A stretch of DNA of 64,000 bases from an uncultured Actinomycetes bacterium (GCA_963824995.1 CAWGRK010000009.1:173934-237933); one strand, 5' to 3'; positions 44,783 to 55,031 are shown, counted from the stretch's first letter. The notes: generated by a model from the letters alone, not told the origin. Numbers and translations are program-made.

Positions 44783-45928
44783 GTGTCCCGTCTTACCCCC
44801 TTACTGGTACTTGGCGCGCTCGTCCTGGCGGCCTGCTCGCGTGCACCCGCCGCCGAGCCGACAACATTGCCCACCACTACGACCCTGCCGCCCACGACCA
44901 CGACCCTGCCGCCCACGACAACAACGCTCCCGCCGACCACCACCACAACCGAGCCGGCGGCCCTGTCCCCGCTCAATGGCGTTCCGGTGAAGAACGACAA
45001 GTGGCTGGATCGTCGGGTCATGGCGGTGAAGATCGACAATCACCCCAACGCCCGCCCCCAGTCGGGGCTGCTGAACTCCGATCTGGTGATCGAGGAGGAG
45101 GCAGAGGGCGGGATCACCCGCTTCATAGCGCTGTTCCTCCAGTCGGACTCGGCGAACCTGGGCCCAATGCGATCGGTCCGGCCGACAGACATCGGCTTCC
45201 TCAGCCCGCTCGCCGCAACCATCGGCTACTCGGGCGGTCAGCCGTGGATCAAGGATGCGGTCAACGCCGCCGGGATCCCAGCCATCGGAGAGACGAGAGA
45301 GAACGAGGCGACCTGGCGCATCGACAGTCGCTACGCGCCCCACAACCTCTATGTCAACACCGGCAAGATGCGCCAGTTGGCTGATGAGCGAGAATTCCCC
45401 AACGATCCACCCGAGACCGGGCTGCTCACCTTCGGAACGCCGCCGCGTGGGGTAGGCGAGCCGGCATCGTCGGTCCACATCGACTGGGCGTTTGGCAACT
45501 ACGTCGACTGGGAGTGGGACGAGGACGAGGGTTTGTGGCTCCGCTCGCAACAAGGCAGCCCGCACAACTGGATCGACGACGAGGGCGAAGAGAACGAGGT
45601 AGGCGAAGACGAGGAGAGCCAGGTCGGCGAGGACGAGGAGAGCCAGATAGGGGTGGAGACCCTCGTCATACTCGAGGCGCCCGACTACACCGCATCTCCT
45701 TCTGGGAGCGGAACCCCCGTCCCCGCCACAGAGACCATCGGCACAGGAAGAGCCCTGGTGTTCCATGATGGCGAGGTGATCGAGGGGACGTGGGAGCGCG
45801 AGGACGTCGAGGAGGGCTTCAAGCTCGAGGTCGATGGGCGTCCGCTCCGCGTGCCGCCGGGCGAGGTATGGCTGACCATGCACCCCGACGATCAACCGGC
45901 GGAGTGGGAAGCGGCCGCCGAGTCGTGA
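44783..45928 (+). CDS. DUF3048-type lipoprotein
   Basis: Lipobox LAAC, (TTTLPPT)n, VKIDNHPNARPQSGL, EGGITRF, GPMRSVR, APHNLY. Confidence 0.87.
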   Translation: MSRLTPLLVLGALVLAACSRAPAAEPTTLPTTTTLPPTTTTLPPTTTTLPPTTTTTEPAALSPLNGVPVKNDKWLDRRVMAVKIDNHPNARPQSGLLNSDLVIEEEAEGGITRFIALFLQSDSANLGPMRSVRPTDIGFLSPLAATIGYSGGQPWIKDAVNAAGIPAIGETRENEATWRIDSRYAPHNLYVNTGKMRQLADEREFPNDPPETGLLTFGTPPRGVGEPASSVHIDWAFGNYVDWEWDEDEGLWLRSQQGSPHNWIDDEGEENEVGEDEESQVGEDEESQIGVETLVILEAPDYTASPSGSGTPVPATETIGTGRALVFHDGEVIEGTWEREDVEEGFKLEVDGRPLRVPPGEVWLTMHPDDQPAEWEAAAES

Positions 45929-45953
45929 GCGGTCCGGGGCACGGCCCCGCCCG

Positions 45954-47363
45954 GTGAGCACCGGTCCGTGGGGTGACCTTCACGAACTGAGCGCCGTCGA
46001 TGCGGCCCGATTGGTGCGGGGCGGCGAGATTTCCGCCACCGAAATCATCGCCCATCATCTGGCCAGGGCCGAGGCGTCGCAATCGGCGCTCAATGCATTC
46101 ACCTCGCTCGACCCCGAGGGCGCCCAGTCAAGGGCGGCCGCAGTGGACCGGATCGTGTCCACCGGTGGCGATCCAGGGCCATTGGCCGGTGTCCCGGTCG
46201 CGCTCAAGGATCTGGTGGACCAGAGCGGGATGGCCACCACCGCCGGCTCCTCCTTCTACTCGGTCGTTGCAACCGCCGACTCCCCCGTCGTGGAACGTCT
46301 CGCCAACGCCGGCGCCGTCGTCATCGGTCGGACCGGTCTCCACGAGTTCGCCTACGGTTTCACCTCGGAGAACCCGTGGTTCGGACCGGTGCGCAACCCC
46401 TGGGATCCCGCGACATCTACCGGCGGCTCCTCGGGCGGATCGGGTGCTGCCGTCGCCGCACGACTCGCCATGGTCTCGATCGGCACCGACACCGGGGGGT
46501 CGGTGCGGGTGCCCGCCGCGATGTGCGGGGTAGTCGGTCTCAAGGTGACCCATGGCGCCATACCACTGACCGGCGTATTCCCTCTCGCCCCGTCGCTCGA
46601 TACCGTCGGCCCACTGGCGCGTTCCGCTGCCGACCTGGCGGTTGTATTCGAGGCGATCGAGGGATGGCACGCCGGCGACCCGTGGTCACGGCCGCGCCCA
46701 CCGGTGAGCTACGACGGAGATACGAGGCCGCTCCGCATCGGGATCCCCCGTCAATGGCTCGCCTCGGCGCCCATCCATCATGCGGTGAGAGCCGACTTCG
46801 ACGCAGCCTGCGAGGCGATCGCTCAACAGGGTCACGAAGTGATGGAGGTTGATGCCCCGTTTCTCGAGCCACCAGGGCTGATGGCGGAGCTCCACGGCCC
46901 CGAGGCGGCCGCAGTCCACGAGCCGTGGTTCGGCGACCCCGACAAGCGTTATGGGGACGATGTCCGAGCCCGGCTCGAGTCGGCGTTCGCCCTCGACCGT
47001 TCGGCGCACCTGCGCGCCCGGGCGTGGCGGTCCGGATTGCGGACCAAGTCGGACTTTCTCTTCGACGAGGTGGACATGCTGGCGACCCCCACCTGCGGGA
47101 TCGCCCGCAAGGTGATCGGCGAGGACCTCGTCGAGGTAGCCACCGGCGAGGTGCACCACCGACTCCCTCTCTCCTGGTTCACCTCATTGGTCAATGCCTT
47201 GGGCGCCCCGGCGCTGGCTCTGCCCCTCGCCGGTCTGGCGGGCGACCCGCCGCCCTCGCTCCAGTTGATCGGTCCGCCTTGGTCGGAGCGCCTGCTCCTC
47301 ACTGCCGCTGCGGCGCTCGAGGACGCCGGTCTTGTCGGGTTCCGAGCACCGCAGGGTTGGTGA
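45954..47363 (+). CDS. Amidase signature family protein
   Basis: GVPVALKD, GGSSGGS, GTDTGGSVRVPA. Confidence 0.92.
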   Translation: MSTGPWGDLHELSAVDAARLVRGGEISATEIIAHHLARAEASQSALNAFTSLDPEGAQSRAAAVDRIVSTGGDPGPLAGVPVALKDLVDQSGMATTAGSSFYSVVATADSPVVERLANAGAVVIGRTGLHEFAYGFTSENPWFGPVRNPWDPATSTGGSSGGSGAAVAARLAMVSIGTDTGGSVRVPAAMCGVVGLKVTHGAIPLTGVFPLAPSLDTVGPLARSAADLAVVFEAIEGWHAGDPWSRPRPPVSYDGDTRPLRIGIPRQWLASAPIHHAVRADFDAACEAIAQQGHEVMEVDAPFLEPPGLMAELHGPEAAAVHEPWFGDPDKRYGDDVRARLESAFALDRSAHLRARAWRSGLRTKSDFLFDEVDMLATPTCGIARKVIGEDLVEVATGEVHHRLPLSWFTSLVNALGAPALALPLAGLAGDPPPSLQLIGPPWSERLLLTAAAALEDAGLVGFRAPQGW

Positions 47364-47592
47364 ACCGCGAAACGGGTATCGACGGGTGGTGCTCCGTGGA
47401 TCGGTGTCCGTAGCTTCCCGCGAGTCATCGGTACACTCGGCGCGACGCGACGTGGGTGCCGTCTTCAGCGGGTTGCCCTCGGATGCCGAAAAAGCGATAT
47501 TGAATGAGAGCCATGCGATCGAGCATGACGAATACCAGACAACCAGCTGGCGGGCTGCTCCGGTGGGAGCCCCGCAAAGGAAGTGATCCCTC

Positions 47593-49467
47593 GTGTCTGA
47601 TGACACGCTCACCAAGGACCGTCTCGACGTCTCACAAAGGGAGACGCTCGATCGTGTAGTGATCCGTTTCGCCGGCGACTCCGGCGATGGGATGCAGGTC
47701 GCCGGGAACCGGTTCACCGACGACTCAGCCGTATTCGGAAACGACCTCGCCACCCTCCCCAGCTTCCCGGCCGAGATCCGGGCGCCCGCAGGGACGCTGC
47801 CCGGCGTGTCGTCGTTCCAGGTCCAGATCGCCGCCTTTGACATCCTCACCGCCGGCGATCAGCCCGATGTGCTGGTTGCCATGAACCCGGCAGCGCTCAA
47901 AGACAACCTGGCCGACCTCCGCCCCGGCGGCACGGTGATCATCAACACCGAGGCCTTCGAACCTCGCAACCTGGAAAAGGCCGGGTACCACACCTCACCG
48001 ATCGAAGACGGGACGCTCGAGCCGTACCTGGTCATCGAGGTCCCGATGGAGACGCTCACCAAGGAGGCGGTCAAGGAGAGCGGCGTCAGCGGTCGCGACA
48101 TGCTCCGCTCCAAGAACTTCTTCGCCCTCGGGTTGCTCGCCTGGCTCTTCAACCGCCCGTTGGGGACCACCATCTCCTGGATCGAGGAGAAGTTCGAGCG
48201 CAAGCCGGAGGTGGCTGCGGCAAACGTGGCCGCCTACAAGTCGGGATACAACTTCGGGTTCACCACCGAGGCGATGAAGACCACATACGAGGTGCTTCCC
48301 GCTCAATTGAGCCCTGGGACCTACACCAACATCACCGGCAACACCGCGCTCGCCTGGGGTCTGGTGGCCGGAGCGCAGCAATCCAGGTTGCCGCTGTTCT
48401 ACGGCTCCTACCCGATCACACCGGCCTCGGACATCCTCCACGAGTTGTCGAAGCACAAGAACTTCGGGGTTCGCACCTTCCAGGCCGAGGACGAGATCGC
48501 AGCAGTCGGCTCGGCCATCGGCGCCTCATTCGCCGGGAACCTCGCCGTCACCGGGACCAGTGGCCCCGGCTTGGCGCTGAAGAGCGAGGGGATCTCGCTA
48601 GCCGTCTCGCTCGAGTTGCCCATGATCGTCATCGACGTACAACGGGCCGGACCCGCCACTGGGATGCCGACCAAACCCGAGCAGTCCGATCTCCTTTTCG
48701 CCATGTACGGGAGACACGGTGAGTCGCCACTGCCCGTGGTGGCGGTGGCCACCCCGTCCGACGCCTTCGACACCACGTTGGAGGCGGTCCGGTTGGCGGT
48801 GAAGTACATGACACCGGTGCTGCTGCTGTCCGACAACCACATCGCCAACGGCTCGGAGCCGTGGAAGCTGCCCGACGTGTCCGATTTCCCGGACATCTCG
48901 GTGCCTTTCGCCAGCACATCGGCGGGCAACGGGCATTTCCTTCCGTATCTTCGTGATCCTGAGACATTTGCCCGGCCATGGGCCATCCCGGGAACACCGG
49001 GCTTGGAGCACCGGCTGGGTGGGCTGGAGAAGGAAGAGGTGACCGGCAACATCTCCTACGACCCGGCCAACCATCAGTTGATGACCGACGTGCGTGCTTG
49101 GAAGATCGCATCGATCGCCAACGACATACCGCTCGTCGAGGTCGACGGAGACGATGGCGCCGAGGTGCTGGTGCTGGGGTGGGGATCGACCTACGGGGCG
49201 ATCCGGGCGGGGATGCGACGGGCTCAGAGGCGCGGCATCCGAGTCGCCGCGGCACACCTTCGCCACATCAATCCTTTCCCGGCCAACCTCGGCGAGGTGC
49301 TTGGCAGTTTCCCGAGGGTGCTGGTCCCCGAGCTCAACACCGGCCAGTTGTTACGACTGATCCGAGCGGAGTACCTGGTCGATGCTGTCGGGCTGAACAA
49401 GGTCGCCGGAATCCCGTTCCAAGTGACTGAGATCGACGAGAAGATTGCGGAGATGGTTGCGCGATGA
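47593..49467 (+). CDS. korA: 2-oxoacid:ferredoxin oxidoreductase alpha subunit
   Basis: FAGDSGDGMQ, YPITPAS, QAEDEIAA, TSGPG, QRAGPATG. Confidence 0.94.
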   Translation: MSDDTLTKDRLDVSQRETLDRVVIRFAGDSGDGMQVAGNRFTDDSAVFGNDLATLPSFPAEIRAPAGTLPGVSSFQVQIAAFDILTAGDQPDVLVAMNPAALKDNLADLRPGGTVIINTEAFEPRNLEKAGYHTSPIEDGTLEPYLVIEVPMETLTKEAVKESGVSGRDMLRSKNFFALGLLAWLFNRPLGTTISWIEEKFERKPEVAAANVAAYKSGYNFGFTTEAMKTTYEVLPAQLSPGTYTNITGNTALAWGLVAGAQQSRLPLFYGSYPITPASDILHELSKHKNFGVRTFQAEDEIAAVGSAIGASFAGNLAVTGTSGPGLALKSEGISLAVSLELPMIVIDVQRAGPATGMPTKPEQSDLLFAMYGRHGESPLPVVAVATPSDAFDTTLEAVRLAVKYMTPVLLLSDNHIANGSEPWKLPDVSDFPDISVPFASTSAGNGHFLPYLRDPETFARPWAIPGTPGLEHRLGGLEKEEVTGNISYDPANHQLMTDVRAWKIASIANDIPLVEVDGDDGAEVLVLGWGSTYGAIRAGMRRAQRRGIRVAAAHLRHINPFPANLGEVLGSFPRVLVPELNTGQLLRLIRAEYLVDAVGLNKVAGIPFQVTEIDEKIAEMVAR

Positions 49468-50483
49468 GCGAGACGACAACACTTTCGTACACACGGGCCG
49501 ACTTCCAGACCGACCAAGAGGTGCGGTGGTGCCCCGGCTGCGGGGACTACACCATCCTCGCCTCGGTCCAGACATTCATGGCCGAGATGGGCGTGAAGCG
49601 CGAGGAGATCGTCTTCGTCTCCGGGATCGGGTGCTCGTCGCGCTTCCCTTACTACATGAACACCTATGGGATGCACTCGATCCATGGGAGGGCACCGGCG
49701 ATCGCCACCGGTATCGCCAGCACCCGCCCAGAGTTGTCGGTGTGGGTCGTCACCGGTGACGGCGATGCCCTCTCCATCGGCGGCAACCACCTCATCCATG
49801 CTCTGCGGCGCAATGTCAACCTCAAGATATTGCTCTTCAACAACCAGATCTACGGGCTGACCAAGGGCCAGTACTCGCCCACCAGCGAATCCGGGAAGGT
49901 GACCAAGTCCACGCCGATGGGATCGGTCGATCATCCTTTCAACCCGGTGAGTCTGGCGCTTGGAGCCGAGGCGGGGTTCGTCGCGCGCACCCTCGACATG
50001 GACCGGCCCCACACCATCGAAGTGCTCAAGCGTGCCCACGAGCACAAGGGCGCAGCCTTCATCGAGATCTACCAGAACTGCAACGTGTTCAACGACAAGG
50101 CATTCCTCCAGTTGACCGGGAAGAACGAACGCGAGGTCAACCGGATCTCGATCCGTCACGGCGAGCGGGTGGTGTTCGGACCCGATTCGCAGCACGCCGT
50201 GGTCATGGAGCAGGGCGGCGCCAAGGTGGTGCCGACCAACAGCGTCCCCGCCGACCGGATCTTCGTCCACGACGAGCACGCACCCGATCCGACGGTGGCA
50301 TTCGCCCTCAGCCGGCTGTCCCACGGACCGTACGGCCCGACGCCGCTCGGCATCTTCCGAGATGTGGAGCGGCCCACTTACGACGGCGGTCTCAACCAGC
50401 AGCTGGTGGACGCCCAGGCGAAGAAGGGCCCCGGCGACCTGTCCAAGCTGCTCCGCTCGCTGGGGACCTGGGAGGTCGAGTAA
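49464..50483 (+). CDS. korB: 2-oxoacid:ferredoxin oxidoreductase beta subunit
   Basis: WCPGCG, SGIGCS, HGRA, GDGD...NN TPP motif, YGLTKGQ. Confidence 0.94.
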   Translation: MSETTTLSYTRADFQTDQEVRWCPGCGDYTILASVQTFMAEMGVKREEIVFVSGIGCSSRFPYYMNTYGMHSIHGRAPAIATGIASTRPELSVWVVTGDGDALSIGGNHLIHALRRNVNLKILLFNNQIYGLTKGQYSPTSESGKVTKSTPMGSVDHPFNPVSLALGAEAGFVARTLDMDRPHTIEVLKRAHEHKGAAFIEIYQNCNVFNDKAFLQLTGKNEREVNRISIRHGERVVFGPDSQHAVVMEQGGAKVVPTNSVPADRIFVHDEHAPDPTVAFALSRLSHGPYGPTPLGIFRDVERPTYDGGLNQQLVDAQAKKGPGDLSKLLRSLGTWEVE

Positions 50484-50491
50484 CACCCCCC

Positions 50492-50555
50492 TTTCGGCGC
50501 CACTCGGGGGGTTCCTGCCGCGCTCAGTGACGCCAAACCCGGTTTACGGGTTTGG
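50492..50555. repeat. Palindromic REP-like element, copy 3, plus an overlapping hairpin
   Basis: TTTCGGCGCCACT...CCGCGCTCAGTGACGCCAAA; then CCAAACCCG-GTTTA-CGGGTTTGG. Confidence 0.72.
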
Positions 50556-51266
50556 CTAGAGGTGTTTCGAGGCTTCGCGGACGCTGAGGGACGACAGCTC
50601 ATCGCCGTGCTCGTCGAGAAATCGGCGCACGGCGTCGGGGTCGGTCCAGGCATAGTCGCGTAGGGCCCATCCGATCGCCTTGCGGATAAAAAACTCCTTT
50701 TCGGCGGCGCAGCGGAGGCAGAAGTCGAACAGCCGGCGTGTGTCGGTTGCTTCCCGGCTCCGGTTCTGACAGAGGATGGCGGCGCGTCGCAGCCACATGT
50801 CGGGGTCGTCGGCCCAGCCGTCGACCACCTGCCAGGCCGTGTCGGGTTCGGTACGGACGGTGTGCCCCACCAGGTGGACGGCGATTTCGTCTACGAAGTC
50901 CCACCACCCGCCCTCTACCACCAGCCGGCGGTAGAGCGGCAACTCGGTGGCGCTGACCATCCTGGGAAAGGCTCTGGCGTAGGCGATGGCGAGGTACTTC
51001 TCCTCGCGGTGCCGCAGTGCCCAGAGCGCCAGCACGCCCTCGCGGTAGGCGCCGGGATCCGCCGGCGGAAAGCGGCCTGAGAGCTCGCGGCCGATCGCCC
51101 TCCGCGCCGGGCCGGACACGCCATAGAAGGGCATGGTCGTCTTCATGTAGGCGGCCATGGCCGGCGCCCTGGCCGGGTCTGCCTGCTCGGACAGAAGCCG
51201 TTGTGCAGTATCAACCAGCCTCTCCACGCTTCGAGGGTAGGGCTCCGTTTTCAAGCCACGAGCCAT
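50556..51266 (-). CDS. DNA alkylation repair protein (AlkD-like HEAT repeat)
   Basis: MAAYMK, REEKY, WWDFVD, WLRR, EFFIRKAIGWALRDYA; start uncertain. Confidence 0.88.
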   Translation of the reverse strand: MARGLKTEPYPRSVERLVDTAQRLLSEQADPARAPAMAAYMKTTMPFYGVSGPARRAIGRELSGRFPPADPGAYREGVLALWALRHREEKYLAIAYARAFPRMVSATELPLYRRLVVEGGWWDFVDEIAVHLVGHTVRTEPDTAWQVVDGWADDPDMWLRRAAILCQNRSREATDTRRLFDFCLRCAAEKEFFIRKAIGWALRDYAWTDPDAVRRFLDEHGDELSSLSVREASKHL

Positions 51267-51301
51267 CCGGTCCGATACTCTCCCCAGGGGAGGGAGTGGT
51301 G

Positions 51302-52445
51302 ATGGAGAACCCGCTGCAAGTGCTGACTGCCGCGCCGTTTTTCCGGCGGGTTGTGTGGCATGCCCGCAGGTTGTCCAGGCAGGTGGACCGGCGGTTCTTT
51401 CTCCAGTTGAGCATCGCCGTGGTCGGGGTGGTAGCGCTGGCTGCGACCTTGGTGACGGTGATCGAGAAGCCGATCTCCGTCAACTCGTTCGTCAACTCGT
51501 TCTATTGGGCGGTGACCACCATCTTCGGGCAAGGCGACGCTTCATTCGTCACCTCGCCGGGAGGGTGGCTGATCAGCTGGCTGCTCGTCCTGTTCGGGGT
51601 GGGCATGCTCACCGCCATCACCGGGGCGCTGCTCGCGTTCATAATCGAGGTTCTGCTCAAGGAGGGTCAGGGTATGGGTGCTTCCGGTCTCAGAGACCAC
51701 ATCGTCGTCTGCGGGTGGAACGCGACGGCGCGCGATCTCATTCGCGAGCTGCAGACCGATGAGTACAAGCAGAAGATCGTGCTCATCCACGACGCCGAGC
51801 GCAGCCCCGCCGACTCCGAGGTGTACTTCGTCCGCGGCTCGAGCACCAATGCCGAAGACCTGCGGCGCGCCGGAATCGCCGAGGCGTCTTCGGCGATCAT
51901 CTGCCCGGAAGACGGAACAGACGAAGCAGACATGCACTCGATCTTGACCGTCCTCGCCATCGAGTCGATCGCCCCCGAGGTCCGCACCGTGGTCGAGGTG
52001 AACAACCCAATGCACGTCGAGCACTTCAGGCGCGCCGAGGTAGACGAGCTCCTCGTGACCTCCAAGCTGGCATCACGGCTCATGGCCCGTTCGGCGCTCT
52101 ACCCGGGGCTTTCTTCGCTGGTCACCGACATCGTCTCCGGCGGGGACGGCTCCGAGCTCTACCGGGTCATGCTCCCCAAGGAGTACGCCGGGCTCAGGGT
52201 GGACGAGGCGTCGGCACGACTCCGGGCCGAGCACGAAGCGACCCTACTGGCGATCGGCCGCAGCGGGACCACGCACACCAACCCGGCTACCGACTTCACC
52301 ATCGAGGTTGGCGACGACGCCGTGGTCGTTGCCTTGTCGTTGGGCAGCTCTCCACCCGTTGGAGCCGGCGGAGGCCGACGGGCTCGAGGGAGCGCTGCCG
52401 ACGACGCCGCTACCGAGCGCCGTGCCCGTCGAAAGACCGGCGTAG
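51302..52445 (+). CDS. 2-TM ion channel with RCK (TrkA-N/C) domain; probable frameshift near 52350
   Basis: TM1, pore helix FYWAVTT, TM2, then HIVVCGWN, LRRAGI, TVVEV; the corrected C-terminus would end at TAG 52443-52445. Confidence 0.82.
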
Positions 52446-52512
52446 CGAACCGTCGCGGCGGTTGGCCGGACCGGGTCGGTTGTACCCTCCTCTTCCCATC
52501 GAGGAGGTCCAG

Positions 52513-52689
52513 ATCAGGCTCACCCCACCGAAGGTCGTCACCTTTCTCATCGCCATCCTGGCGATCGCCCTCGGCATCGTCCTGCATCAGGGCTGGTATT
52601 CGATCGAGTCACTCGATCGGTGGGACTTCTGGCTGAGCGCGGGCGGTGGACTCCTCCTGGCGCTCGGCTGCGTGTTCAAGGGCCTCTGA
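52513..52689 (+). CDS. Small 2-TM membrane protein (58 aa)
   Basis: GAGGAGG RBS at 52501-52507, then ATC-RLTPPK...FWL...GCVFKGL. Confidence 0.6.
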   Translation: MRLTPPKVVTFLIAILAIALGIVLHQGWYSIESLDRWDFWLSAGGGLLLALGCVFKGL

Positions 52690-53181
52690 TACCCACCCTG
52701 CAGTTCCTCAAGTACCCGGCGACACCCCATTGGCGTCTCGACACCGTGAGGCTCGGGGAGGACGAGCACGGGGTCTGGTTGGGCGTACCTGCCGGTGGCG
52801 TCATGCAGAAAGGGGCCGAGTCGCCTATCGAGACGCCCCGAGCCTTCGTGATACTCGTGCCCGAGCGAGTGGTGGACCGTCGTGCACACCTCATCTGGCG
52901 CCGATGCGGAGATGTACGTTGACATCACGACACCGGCCGCATGGGAGTCGGCGGACCTGGTCACCGCCGTTGACCTCGATCTCGATGTGGTGCGCTGGGC
53001 AGGTGGCCAGGTCGAGTTGGTGGACGAGGACGAGTTCCTCGAGCACCAGACCCTGCTCGGCTATCCCCCCTGGATGATCGACGGGGCCCGCGCCGCGGCG
53101 GCTCGTGCCGTGCTGGCCGCCGAGCGCAGGGTCGAGCCCTTCGGGTCGGCCGGCAAAGGCTGGCTGGAGCGGGTCAGCTAG
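52686..53181 (+). CDS. DUF402-family (Ntdp-like) protein; frameshift near 52865
   Basis: KYP..PHW, LGEDEHGVW, YVDITTP, VDLDLDVV, DEDEFLEH; start uncertain. Confidence 0.8.
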
Positions 53182-54960
53182 TCACTCGGCGTACATCGCC
53201 TCGATCTCGACGGCGAAGTTCTCCACCACCTTGTTCCGCTTCACCTTGAGCGTCGGGGTCAGCTCTCCACCCTCGATGGACAGCTCCCGGGGGAGGACGG
53301 TGAACTTCTTGAGCTGCTCCACCCTGGCCAGACCCTCGTTGACCTGGTCGATCGCCGCCTGGATCTCGGCTAGCAGCGCCGGATCGGCGGCCGGGTCTCC
53401 CGACGACCCCTGCGCCTCCTGGAAGCGCGCCGTTGCATCGGCGTCGAGGGTGACGAGGCACGTCAGGTACTTGCGCCGGTCGCCGATGACCACAACCTCG
53501 GATACCAGCGAGTGGTTCTTGATCGAGCCCTCGATGTTCTTAGGGGCGACGTTCTTCCCACCGGCGGTGATGATGATGTCCTTCTTCCTCCCGGTTATCC
53601 AGAGAAAGCCGTCCTCGTCGATCTCACCGAGATCACCAGAGTGGAGCCATCCGTCGATGAGGGTTGCGTCGGTGGCCTCCTGGTCCTTGTAGTAGCCGAG
53701 GAACACGTTGCGCCCCCGGACCAGGATCTCGCCATCCTCAGCGATCTTCATCTCCACGCCCGGATACGCCGGCCCCACAGACCCGAACTTGACCTTCCCC
53801 GGCATGCTGATCGTGGTCGGACCGGTGTCCTCGGATTGTCCGTAGACCTCGTAGATGGTGATACCCAGCCCGGCGAAGAACTCGAGCAGCTCCTTGGATA
53901 TCGGGGCGGCGGCGGTGACCAGGAACTTGGTGTCGGCCAGACCGACGGCCTCTCTGATCTTCGAGTACACCAGCCGGTCGAAGAGCCCGTACTGCATCGA
54001 CTCGAAGCGCCGGACCGGCTCGCCGATCCCACGGGCGGTATTGACCCTTTTCCCGACCTCCTGCGCTCGGTCGGCGATCGCCTTCTTGGCCCCGTGTGCC
54101 TCGGCCAACCGCTCGCTGATCCCGGCCTGGAACTTCTCCCACACCCGGGGGACGGCGAAGAAGATGGTGGGCCTGACCTCCTTGAGGTTGTCGGCGAGCT
54201 TGTCGATCGACTCGGCGTAGAACACCTGCGCGCCGCACAGGGCCGGGACGGCGATACTGAATTGCTGCTCGGCGATGTGCGACAGCGGCAGGTACGAGAG
54301 GATCCGGTCGCTCGGCCCGATCCCGATCACCGGGATCGCCTGGCCTGCGGTCCAGGTGAGGTTGTCGTGCGAGAGCATCACCGCCTTCGGTGGGCCCGTC
54401 GTCCCTGAGGTGTAGATCAACGTCGCCGGGCCACCCGACTCGAGTGCATCGAGCCTCTGTTCGAGGGTGGCGTCATCGACCTCGGAGGCCTTGGCCATGA
54501 ACTCGTCCCAGCTCATCACCAACTTGTCGTCGATCACCGGCGCTCCCTGCATCACCACCACATGGCGAAGATGGGTGAGGGCGTCCCGACGTGCCTCGAT
54601 CTTCTTCCACTGGTGCTCGTTCTCGACCAGCACGACCGTCGCCTCGGAGTGGTTGAGCACGTAGGCGACCTCGTCGGGGGACGATGTCGTGTAGATCCCG
54701 GCAGGGGCACCACCGGCGGCCATTGCGGCGACATCGAATATGACCCACTCCGGGCGGTTGAACCCGAGCACCGCCACGGGCTGGAGAGGCTCGAGTCCCA
54801 GGGCGATGAGCGCCTTGGCCGCCTGCCGCACCTCGTCGGCGTACTGCCGCCAAGAGACCTGCCGCCATGTGCCATCTGCCTGCTTGGTGTGATACGCGGG
54901 TGCGGCGCCGAGCTTGTCGCCGTTCGTCAGCACCTTGCGGGGGATGGTTTCGGTCGCCAA
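53182..54960 (-). CDS. fadD: Long-chain fatty acid-CoA ligase
   Basis: YTSGTTGPPK, YLPLSH, YGQSE, GWLHSGDLG, GRKKD, LTPTLK. Confidence 0.9.
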   Translation of the reverse strand: MATETIPRKVLTNGDKLGAAPAYHTKQADGTWRQVSWRQYADEVRQAAKALIALGLEPLQPVAVLGFNRPEWVIFDVAAMAAGGAPAGIYTTSSPDEVAYVLNHSEATVVLVENEHQWKKIEARRDALTHLRHVVVMQGAPVIDDKLVMSWDEFMAKASEVDDATLEQRLDALESGGPATLIYTSGTTGPPKAVMLSHDNLTWTAGQAIPVIGIGPSDRILSYLPLSHIAEQQFSIAVPALCGAQVFYAESIDKLADNLKEVRPTIFFAVPRVWEKFQAGISERLAEAHGAKKAIADRAQEVGKRVNTARGIGEPVRRFESMQYGLFDRLVYSKIREAVGLADTKFLVTAAAPISKELLEFFAGLGITIYEVYGQSEDTGPTTISMPGKVKFGSVGPAYPGVEMKIAEDGEILVRGRNVFLGYYKDQEATDATLIDGWLHSGDLGEIDEDGFLWITGRKKDIIITAGGKNVAPKNIEGSIKNHSLVSEVVVIGDRRKYLTCLVTLDADATARFQEAQGSSGDPAADPALLAEIQAAIDQVNEGLARVEQLKKFTVLPRELSIEGGELTPTLKVKRNKVVENFAVEIEAMYAE

Positions 54961-55031
54961 GGAGACTCCTCTCTCGCCTCGGGTGACCAGGGTACTTCTT
55001 GCCAGCGGCCGGCGACGGTGCGGCAGGGGAA

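Noticed and set aside
45598..45650. 24-bp duplication (VGEDEESQ x2) in the DUF3048 gene
   Set aside because: In-frame micro-duplication in an acidic loop; likely neutral slippage.
45954..47363. gatA
   Set aside because: It has the amidase signature, but no gatC/gatB neighbours and no GatA-specific motifs were recognised.
47364..47592. Riboswitch or small ORF (47332-47586) upstream of korA
   Set aside because: No recognisable aptamer consensus; the ORF has no RBS or motif; probably just promoter sequence.
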